The translations under genes were made by a program, and so were the position numbers. The notes under the pieces were generated by a model. The model searched no databases. It had not been told where the DNA came from and worked only from the letters and a program-made list of their open reading frames with translations. A stretch of DNA of 64,000 nt from an uncultured Pirellulales bacterium (GTDB lineage Bacteria > Planctomycetota > Phycisphaerae > Sedimentisphaerales > Anaerobacaceae), in assembly GCA_964439135.1 (NCBI GenBank), contig CAYTNN010000001.1:3252-67251 (forward strand), written 5' to 3'. Below are positions 28,191-35,279 of this stretch, one piece after another; within the stretch, counting starts at the first letter, position 1; each line of letters starts with the position of its first letter.

Positions 28191-29297
28191 ATGAGGCTTA
28201 CAGAAGAACAAGTTATTCAATCTCTTAAAAGCATGGGCGAGCAGTATTCCCCATTGATGATAAATAGCCTTGCGGAGCAGGTTTCTATGCCGGAGGGATC
28301 TCAAGTTGATGCGGTTATTGAGTTCTCAATTCAAAATGGCCCTTCCTTCAAGGCCGTGGCGGAGATTGCACCTGTATCCACTCCGCAGAATATTCTCAGG
28401 AGTGCCCGACAACTTGCTGATTACTTTGGCAAAGCAAAAAAAACAAATATGGTGCCCTTGGTAATCGCTCCCTATATAGGCGCCAAACAGGCTAAGATTC
28501 TGGCGGATAAAGGTATCTCGTGGATAGACCTGTCCGGCAATATGTCCGTAAGGGTTTCGAACCGGGTATATATCGAACGTACCGGCAAGCCCAACTCCTT
28601 CCCCGACACCGCGCCGATCAAAAAGATCTTCCAGGGGACATCGTCTCTTGTCAGCAGGGCGCTGCTCTTGCAGCCGGAAGGCTTCGAATCTTTAACAAAG
28701 ATTACTGACTTTATTACTCAGCGAAGTGGAAAAACCATAATGTTATCAACCGTTTCGAAGGTGCTGAAAAAGCTTGAAGACGAACTCTTGATAAACAGAA
28801 GCAAGTCTCTCATCACGGCGGCTAATCCGGAGAAGCTTTTAGAGAGACTCGCCGAAGGCTACAAGAATTCGACGGAACGAAAAAGACGGAACCCATACAA
28901 ATTCGTAATCGAGGGTATTGAACAATTGTCTGATGGGATGACTGCTCTCAGTAAGGACTATATAGCGTGTGGATTCTATGCGGCGCAAATCAAAGGTATG
29001 GCTGTAACGGATCAGAAGGCGATATTTGTAAAAGATATAGAACAGTTTCGAAGAAAGGCTGAGATAAAGTTGGTTTCAGTCATTCCCGACGCGGAATATG
29101 GAAACTTCATCATCACTGAGACTAATGATCCGGGTGTTTGGTTCAATGCTGATTGGCGAATAACCGGTTCGGTTGTTGACGATATTGAATTGTATCTTGA
29201 GATGATGGTTGATACACCAAGAGGACCGAAGATTGCCGAGCAGCTCAAGCGGCGGATTTTACAGAAAGGCGATAGTAATGGACAGCAGGCTAATTGA
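28191..29297 (+). CDS. putative wHTH regulator/antitoxin partner of the AbiEii-like nucleotidyltransferase (atypical, 368 aa)
   Basis: The central segment SLTKITDFITQRSGKTIMLSTVSKVLKKLEDELLINR looks like a winged helix. Overlaps the downstream NTase gene by 20 nt. Confidence 0.45.
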   Translation: MRLTEEQVIQSLKSMGEQYSPLMINSLAEQVSMPEGSQVDAVIEFSIQNGPSFKAVAEIAPVSTPQNILRSARQLADYFGKAKKTNMVPLVIAPYIGAKQAKILADKGISWIDLSGNMSVRVSNRVYIERTGKPNSFPDTAPIKKIFQGTSSLVSRALLLQPEGFESLTKITDFITQRSGKTIMLSTVSKVLKKLEDELLINRSKSLITAANPEKLLERLAEGYKNSTERKRRNPYKFVIEGIEQLSDGMTALSKDYIACGFYAAQIKGMAVTDQKAIFVKDIEQFRRKAEIKLVSVIPDAEYGNFIITETNDPGVWFNADWRITGSVVDDIELYLEMMVDTPRGPKIAEQLKRRILQKGDSNGQQAN

Positions 29298-30123
29298 GCA
29301 ATTAGCCGAACTGGCGGAATCATTCAACAGGATCGGGCTCAAACCGGTTATCTGTGGCGGTCTGGGTCTCTACCTGTGTTTTCATAAAGCTCAAGGACAA
29401 GCGCGGGAAATGATTCGAGTCACGAACGATATCGATTTGATGCTTACACCAACACAGGTCCTCAAAGAGGCCGAACGGCTGGCTATCGCTGAAACAATAA
29501 CCGATGGCCTGGGATACATTGTGCGCGAAGATTGTGAGTATTTTCAATTTACAAAAGAGCCTGATCAGGACCTGGATATACTTTCGCCGCCAGTTGAGGG
29601 ACTTGAGGTTGATAATTTCAGGGTCAAGATTGTAAAGTCAAAACTGCACGGTCATATTACACCCGAAGCATGTTTCATAGAAGAAGGTTTAAGAACTGTA
29701 TCTTTACGAGAGTTCCTGCCGGAAAGTGAAGAAGGTGGCGGTCTTGAAGTTCATGTACCTTCACCGTCGAATCTATTGCTCCTGAAGCTATTTGCGTTTG
29801 ACGATAGGGACAAAGGCCAAAGTCAGGATTCGGGGCGTGCTCAGGCTCATGCATGGGACATCTATATCACAATTACGTTGGCTACCAGTAGGGGCGATTA
29901 TCTTGAGGGACAAGATTTTCTGGCGAGGCATAAAGATTCGAAGATAATACAAACCGCCCAATCAATTGTTGGAAGTAAGTTTTCATCTATCGAGCATTCC
30001 GGCTGGCACCGTGTGCTCGAATCATCAAATTTTTACCCTGATCTCAACAGGCGGGAAAAAGAAGCCGAACTGGATGAGGCCAGGCGTCGTCTGATCAGGT
30101 GGTTTGATATAGACCGGCAGTAA
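29278..30123 (+). CDS. nucleotidyltransferase, AbiEii/AbiGii (DUF1814)-like toxin candidate
   Basis: VICGGLGLYLC...RVTNDIDLML is the pol-beta NTase GG...DxD motif. LKLFAFDDRD...AHAWDIY resembles the C-terminal K..A...R...D.yD block of DUF1814. ATG at 29278. Confidence 0.55.
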   Translation: MDSRLIEQLAELAESFNRIGLKPVICGGLGLYLCFHKAQGQAREMIRVTNDIDLMLTPTQVLKEAERLAIAETITDGLGYIVREDCEYFQFTKEPDQDLDILSPPVEGLEVDNFRVKIVKSKLHGHITPEACFIEEGLRTVSLREFLPESEEGGGLEVHVPSPSNLLLLKLFAFDDRDKGQSQDSGRAQAHAWDIYITITLATSRGDYLEGQDFLARHKDSKIIQTAQSIVGSKFSSIEHSGWHRVLESSNFYPDLNRREKEAELDEARRRLIRWFDIDRQ

Positions 30124-30155
30124 GCCTGAGATTGTTTGAGTCATTAACATTACTG

Positions 30156-30881
30156 TCACTGGGGCACGCCGATGGCGGCCATGCAGATTGTGCTTTCTTT
30201 GGTGCCGTCGATGTTGATGATGGCGTTTACGTGGTCGTCGTAGAGGGCGCCGACCTCGCATGTTCCGAGGTTCAGGCTGACGGCTGCCAGGGCGAGGTTC
30301 TCGGCGATGTGTCCGGCGTCGAGATAGATATAGCGGTACGCCCGCTGGCCGTACTTCCATTTACAGCGTTCGAATACCGCGGTCCAGATAAAGACCGCCG
30401 CGGCTGTTGCGCACATACTCTGGCCGAGTGCCGCGGCAGCGATTTGTTGCCGGAGGTCACGCTGCTCTAATTGTTCGAGCAGATGAGCCCGGATGGAGTA
30501 GTGATAGACGCCGGGCTCCAGGGCTTTGACGTTGTTGATGATCACATAGGTCTCTATCGGATACAAAGCCCCCGCTGAAGGTGCCGTGCGGAATTCATAG
30601 CCGTCCTCGACTCGTTGGATGCCGGTCGAGGTCCATAAGAGATATGCGAGTTGGCCCTTGCTGATTGGCCTGTCCTGGTAATCGCGGATGCTCTTTCGTT
30701 GTTTGAGCGTCTTATCCAGGCTCATGGGCTGGCCCGGCTCGAACGCCGGCAGCTCGATCTTCTCGGCCTGTGGATACTCCTTATACAAATCTGGCTTTGC
30801 CTCCCAGTCGAGCCTGTGGCCCGGCATTTTTCCCGGATCGTACTTGGTTTCCTTCTGGAATATATCGCCTGTACCGCTCAT
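30156..30881 (-). CDS. SagB-type dehydrogenase / nitroreductase-family protein
   Basis: KQRKSIRDYQDRPISKGQLAYLLW plus the overall nitroreductase pattern. Start is set at MSGTGDIFQKE (30881), because the upstream 40 codons (MDSRFRGNDK...) are read through a REP-like hairpin. Confidence 0.65.
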   Translation of the reverse strand: MSGTGDIFQKETKYDPGKMPGHRLDWEAKPDLYKEYPQAEKIELPAFEPGQPMSLDKTLKQRKSIRDYQDRPISKGQLAYLLWTSTGIQRVEDGYEFRTAPSAGALYPIETYVIINNVKALEPGVYHYSIRAHLLEQLEQRDLRQQIAAAALGQSMCATAAAVFIWTAVFERCKWKYGQRAYRYIYLDAGHIAENLALAAVSLNLGTCEVGALYDDHVNAIINIDGTKESTICMAAIGVPQ

Positions 30882-30974
30882 CTGAACACCTTCGTTTCTT
30901 TCGTTAGTAAAACTGACTCTTATGGAGTCGAACGATATGTTAAATCGTTTGATGACAAAAACATGACATAATTT

Positions 30975-31044
30975 GTCATTCCCGCGAAAGCGGGAATCCA
31001 CTAAATCCGTAATGTTTTTGGATCCCTGCTTTCGCAGGGATGAC
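30975..31044. repeat. pair of inverted REP/BIME-like GC hairpins
   Basis: gtcATTCCCGCgaaaGCGGGAATcc (30975-30999; 8-bp stem with a GAAA loop) and gATCCCTGCtttcGCAGGGATgac (31021-31044). The second is the near reverse complement of the first. Confidence 0.7.
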
Positions 31045-31070
31045 AGTTCGAATCCGTCTTTTTTAGTTCG

Positions 31071-31340
31071 TTAGCCGTCACTGACTCGCAGCACGAGTTT
31101 ACCGAACTGCGACGAGATATTCATTTTCTCCAGCGTTTTATTGCCTTCGCTAAGGGCGAATACCTCATCGACGACCGGGCACTGAATCCCCGGGTATAGT
31201 CCCTGTGTAATCCAGTAATCGCGCCTGTTAAATGCCGCCGCTTTGAGCTTGACGATGATCTGCTCCTTGCCGGCTTCTGGACTGGGCCGCTCCTGCAGAA
31301 CGAGCGGCTGCTTGACTTCGTTCAAAACCAGTGCTTTCAT
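31071..31340 (-). pseudogene. remnant of a zinc-type alcohol dehydrogenase / quinone oxidoreductase (in-frame internal deletion)
   Basis: The 89-aa ORF joins a typical MDR N-terminus (MKALVLNE...VKLKAAAFNRRDYWITQGLYPGI) directly to a typical MDR C-terminus (FALSEGNKTLEKM...FGKLVLRV). The roughly 240-aa catalytic and Rossmann core is missing. Confidence 0.65.
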
Positions 31341-31492
31341 GGCGTATCACTCCGAATCTGAATTCCTGAAATTCCATCCCCAATCATCCCATGAAAGCGT
31401 GGTAACTCAAGCAAAAAAGGTGCCCTTATTGGGAGCCAAAACGCCATTTGGCGAAAAATTATTAAATTTTTGTAAAAATATAACAAAATAAT

Positions 31493-31520
31493 TTGACATT
31501 ATTATTTATTAAGGTAATAT
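31493..31520 (+). promoter_or_regulatory. sigma70-like promoter candidate for the early operon
   Basis: TTGACA (31493-31498), a 16-nt spacer, then TAATAT (31515-31520), in a very AT-rich intergenic region. Confidence 0.4.
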
Positions 31521-31607
31521 TGTAATAATGTGTGATATTTACAAAACTAATTTTATTGACAAAGCACGCTCAAGGGCGGATTGGCAGGCAGGGCAAGGGG
31601 GGCGAAG

Positions 31608-32036
31608 ATGAAACGAATTCATGAAAACATCGCACAGCAGATAAATAACAACAGTCGCGGGCATCGAGGCGGGATAGAGGTGCTCCGCAGCAGGCTGAAT
31701 TTGCTGGCTGGCACGGATAAGCTGCTGATGACCATGTATATCGAGCACGGCAACAGCATCCGGCAGATCGCCCGGATCCGCGGTGTCAGCGAGGCGAGCG
31801 TCGCCCGGAGGATTCGAGCAATTACAAAACGGCTCACGGACGGCCCGTACATCGACTGCCTGAGGAACCGTGACAGACTGACTTGCCGCCAGCTCGCAAT
31901 CGCGAAGGATTACTATCTGATGGGCCTTTCTATGAGACAGATCGCGGCAAAGAGACGCAGGAGCTATTACCATGTTCGCGACATCCTCATCGAAATCCGA
32001 AGCATCGTAACCGCGCCGAAACGCCGGACCGGGTAG
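31608..32036 (+). CDS. phage regulator with two sigma-70 region-4/LuxR-like HTH repeats
   Basis: MTMYIEHGNSIRQIARIRGVSEASVARRIRAITKRL and KDYYLMGLSMRQIAAKRRRSYYHVRDILIEIRSIV are two similar HTH units. ATG at 31608 is preceded by AAGGGGGG. The track start at 31581 is a TTG. Confidence 0.55.
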   Translation: MKRIHENIAQQINNNSRGHRGGIEVLRSRLNLLAGTDKLLMTMYIEHGNSIRQIARIRGVSEASVARRIRAITKRLTDGPYIDCLRNRDRLTCRQLAIAKDYYLMGLSMRQIAAKRRRSYYHVRDILIEIRSIVTAPKRRTG

Positions 32037-32079
32037 CGTTGAGTTTCGTTAGCAATATTCACAATAAGAAGGAGAAGCT

Positions 32080-32730
32080 ATGGCAACGTACAGCATTTCA
32101 AAGACTTTCAAATGGCGGGGCACTGTAACCGACAAGGTCGCCTCGGTCTGCCGGATGTTCGGCCTTTCGCTCGACAGGCTCGCCGGGCAGCGCTTCAAAC
32201 ACTCGTGCCGGCTCGAAATTGATGCCGGTGACATCGTCTACCTCACCGGCCCATCCGGTGCCGGCAAGAGCGTCCTGCTGGGCGAACTTCAGAAGGCCGT
32301 CCCCGCCGGCGAGAGGATTAACCTTGCCGAGATTCCGCTGCCGGACGATAAGACGCTTATCGACTGTATTGACGCTGATCTGGCCGAGAGCCTGCGATTT
32401 CTCAGCGTCGCCGGCCTGAACGACTGCTTCTGCATTCTCAATCAGCCGGTCAATCTCAGTGCCGGCCAGCAGTACCGCTTCAGGCTTGCGATGGCTCTGA
32501 CCGCGGGAAAGAAGTTCGTCTTTGCCGACGAGTTCTGCTCGGGGCTGGACAGCGTCACCGCAGCGGTAATCTCGTATCGCCTGCAAAAGTTCGCAAAACG
32601 CACCGGCACGACTTTCATCCTTGCCTCCAGCCGTGACGACATACTGCTTGACCTGTCGCCCGATGTCCTGGTGGTCAAAGAATTATCCGGCCCCGCCGAT
32701 GTTATCTACAAGTGTGAAAGGAGGAAATAA
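32080..32730 (+). CDS. small ABC-type ATPase (no transmembrane partner)
   Basis: Walker A GPSGAGKS, signature-like LSAGQQYR, Walker B FVFADEF and D-loop SGLD. 216 aa. Confidence 0.65.
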   Translation: MATYSISKTFKWRGTVTDKVASVCRMFGLSLDRLAGQRFKHSCRLEIDAGDIVYLTGPSGAGKSVLLGELQKAVPAGERINLAEIPLPDDKTLIDCIDADLAESLRFLSVAGLNDCFCILNQPVNLSAGQQYRFRLAMALTAGKKFVFADEFCSGLDSVTAAVISYRLQKFAKRTGTTFILASSRDDILLDLSPDVLVVKELSGPADVIYKCERRK

Positions 32731-32731
32731 A

Positions 32732-33466
32732 ATGACAAGCTGTTCTGTTAGTGAGAATCTGCAAATCGTACCGGGCTGTCTCGACGACTACAAGCGGCTC
32801 GCCCACTATCACTACCGCGGCAGTCACACGGGACCCGCTTCGGCGATCTTCGCCCTGAGCCGGGCCGGCTGCAAAACGCCGGTCGGCGTCATCGTCTATT
32901 CGACCGCGCCGGCCGTGCTGGAGCTGCGAAACATCGCGACCGGTCACGTCTTTGCCGGCTTCGACAGGAGCACGCAATTGGCGCTGATAAACGCCAATAT
33001 CCGCCGGATCAGCAGGGTGGTTATCGAGCCTCGGTTCCGTGGCCTTGGCCTGGCGTGCCGGCTGGTCAGAGAAACGATGCCGCTGGTTGATGTCCCAATC
33101 GTCGAGGCACTGGCCGTGATGGGATTGGTCAATCCGTTCTTTGAAAGAGCCGGCATGAAGGCCTACAAAGCAAAGCCGTCCGCAGCCAGCGTGCAATTCG
33201 TAGAGTCGCTCAACATCATTGGCATCGAACAGGCCGGGCTGATCGACCCGGAGCAGGTGCAGCAAAAACTCGATCGGCTCGGCGACTGCGAAGCCCGATT
33301 CATCGAACGTCAAATCCGGCACTTTCTCAAAAGCCACGGCAGACGCAGAGACATGCCGCCCGGCTTAGAACGAACGCGATACATCCTGACAAAACTAACG
33401 GCACGCCCCGTCTATTACATCTGGTTCAATCCAAAACTCACAGATACCGGAGACAACAATCTTTAG
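32732..33466 (+). CDS. GNAT-like acetyltransferase-fold protein
   Basis: ISRVVIEPRFRGLGLACRLV is a beta4 strand plus motif A (R-x-x-G-x-G). ATG at 32732 lies 1 nt after the ATPase stop, with AGGAGG upstream. The longer track ORF (32621) overlaps the ATPase gene. Confidence 0.5.
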   Translation: MTSCSVSENLQIVPGCLDDYKRLAHYHYRGSHTGPASAIFALSRAGCKTPVGVIVYSTAPAVLELRNIATGHVFAGFDRSTQLALINANIRRISRVVIEPRFRGLGLACRLVRETMPLVDVPIVEALAVMGLVNPFFERAGMKAYKAKPSAASVQFVESLNIIGIEQAGLIDPEQVQQKLDRLGDCEARFIERQIRHFLKSHGRRRDMPPGLERTRYILTKLTARPVYYIWFNPKLTDTGDNNL

Positions 33467-33477
33467 GAGGAACAGTA

Positions 33478-34104
33478 ATGCGAGAAACCACAATCCAGAA
33501 TCGAGTATCGAGTATTCCAATCGACAAGCTCACCGCACATCCCGGCAATCCCAACCGGATGAGCAAGAGGAACTTCTCCCGGCTTGTTCGCAATATCGAG
33601 CGGACCGGCCGTTATGAGCCGCTCGTGGTCAGACGGCAGGGCGACGGCTTCCAGATCATCAACGGCCATCATCGCTGCCGGGCTTTGCGGGAGTTGGGCT
33701 ATAATTCTGCCGATGCTGTCGTCTGGGACGTGGACGACGCCGAGGCTGATATTTTGCTTTCCACGCTCAATCGCCTGGGCGGCTCGGACGTGCTGGAGAA
33801 AAAGCTTGCCCTTTTGGAGAGGCTCAATCGCAAAATGCACGCCCGCGAGATGGCGAAGCTTCTGCCGTTCACGCGCTCGCAGATCGAGCGGCTGAAAAAC
33901 CTGAAAGTCCCGTCCGCACCGGCCAATATCTCCGTTAAAAGCTTTGCCGTTCCGATGGTGTTTTTCCTGAGCGATGACCAGCAAAAGATTGTCACCAAGG
34001 CGTTGGCTTCTGTACGAGAGAGCCAAAACGAAAAAACAAAGGCTGCAGGAAACGCCGCGGCCCTTACTTACATTGCCCAACGTTTCATCGAAGGCCCCGG
34101 ATAA
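33478..34104 (+). CDS. ParB/Srx-like N-terminal (nuclease/NTP-binding) domain protein
   Basis: IPIDKLTAHPGNPNRM...LVRNIERTGRYEPLVV...FQIINGHHRCRALRELG is the ParB-like domain pattern. RBS AGGAGG lies 11 nt after the GNAT stop. Confidence 0.65.
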   Translation: MRETTIQNRVSSIPIDKLTAHPGNPNRMSKRNFSRLVRNIERTGRYEPLVVRRQGDGFQIINGHHRCRALRELGYNSADAVVWDVDDAEADILLSTLNRLGGSDVLEKKLALLERLNRKMHAREMAKLLPFTRSQIERLKNLKVPSAPANISVKSFAVPMVFFLSDDQQKIVTKALASVRESQNEKTKAAGNAAALTYIAQRFIEGPG

Positions 34105-34201
34105 TGCCCTGTTACATTCTAAACGAACGGCTTTTATTGAGAGACCAACAAAAGACCATTGAAAGACTATCGAAGCTAATTTTTTTAGGTTGGATTTGAA
34201 G

Positions 34202-34936
34202 ATGAAGATTAAATATGTCCAGTTAGAGTCTGATGCGTTTTTGACGGATATCGACTTCGTTCAGTTCACGCCGGCCGAGAGGGGCTTGTATTGCAGCCTG
34301 ATTCTGCTACTTACCTCTAACGACGGCAAATGCACGTTCGATCCGCAGGCATTGAGTCGGATGTGCAATTGCCAGAGCGTCGAAGAGTTCGAAATAATCT
34401 GGCAGAGAATCTCAAAAAAGTTCCAGCTCCGCAACGGCACAATCCGGCATAAACGCGTCACGCGGGAGCTCGGCAGAGCAAAGAAACTCTTGCAAGCCAA
34501 GCGTAGAGGCGGACTTAGCGCGGCAAGGAAAAGGCAGCAGAGCACCAGCATAGCTGATAGCACTGCTATCGCTAAGGAAAGGGAAGGTAACGTAAAGGTA
34601 AGTAAAGATCTTACGAATACGAATACGGCTGATCACTCAGCTTGTACTTCGGATTCGCTTCGCACTGGCTCGACCACAGGCCAGCAGCTTAGCGCGCTTC
34701 GTTTTAACGATGCGCTTGGCCGGATAATTCCGCCCCGGTCGCGGTCGGACCGGACGTGCTTTCGCAATGTCACTAACTGGCTGGTCGATGGCTGTGCCGG
34801 CGGGCGGTTCAACGCCGAGATTTTCGAACGCGTGCTGGACTACGCCAAGCAGGCCCGGCAGGGCAAAAAGCCCGCCGCCGTGTTTATGGCAATACTCAAA
34901 GAAGAGCTGGGATACGAGAAGAAAGGAAAAAGTTGA
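34202..34936 (+). CDS. DUF1376-like phage replication-associated protein
   Basis: YVQLESDAFLTDIDFVQFTPAERGLYCSLILLL...ALSRMCNC...EEFEIIWQRISKKF resembles the DUF1376 pattern. ATG at 34202 is in frame with the TTG at 34190. Confidence 0.5.
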   Translation: MKIKYVQLESDAFLTDIDFVQFTPAERGLYCSLILLLTSNDGKCTFDPQALSRMCNCQSVEEFEIIWQRISKKFQLRNGTIRHKRVTRELGRAKKLLQAKRRGGLSAARKRQQSTSIADSTAIAKEREGNVKVSKDLTNTNTADHSACTSDSLRTGSTTGQQLSALRFNDALGRIIPPRSRSDRTCFRNVTNWLVDGCAGGRFNAEIFERVLDYAKQARQGKKPAAVFMAILKEELGYEKKGKS

Positions 34937-34952
34937 AAGGAGAACGCGGAAA

Positions 34953-35222
34953 ATGAATGCTGATGTTATGATTGAGGATGTTGAGCCGGCTCGCTGTCGG
35001 ACGATGCGGGCCGAAGCCGAGATCAAGCGCGACCGTTTCGCCCAGCAGCGGGCGGCGTGGGAATGCCTGAAGTTTTTCGAGCAGACGCCGGCCACCGAGG
35101 CGGATTTCCGCATGAGGTTCGCGGGCATGCCTGCCGACGATGTCACGCTACTGAAGGCCTTCTACGGCATTCAAACAGACGCCGAGTTGCTGGCGATGAT
35201 CTGCTGCTTCTGGAACGTCTAA
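34953..35222 (+). CDS. small phage hypothetical protein
   Basis: 89 aa from ATG 34953, with GAAAGGAGAA upstream. The longer track ORF (34767) overlaps the previous gene. Confidence 0.45.
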   Translation: MNADVMIEDVEPARCRTMRAEAEIKRDRFAQQRAAWECLKFFEQTPATEADFRMRFAGMPADDVTLLKAFYGIQTDAELLAMICCFWNV

Positions 35223-35279
35223 GCTGTACACACACCCCAAAGCGGGCGGATCATCCAGCTTGCTGTCACATGTGTCGGA

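Noticed and set aside
30882-31001. N-terminal extension MDSRFRGNDKLCHVF... of the nitroreductase ORF
   Set aside because: These codons are read through the REP-like hairpin (gtcattcccgcgaaagcgggaatcc). A start at MSGTGDIF (30881) gives a normal SagB/nitroreductase N-terminus.
31040-31062. GTTCGAATCC, resembling a tRNA T-loop (a possible tRNA or att remnant)
   Set aside because: The flanking bases do not form a T-stem (GACAG versus CCGTC). No acceptor or anticodon arms can be drawn. I could not recognise any tRNA gene in the window.
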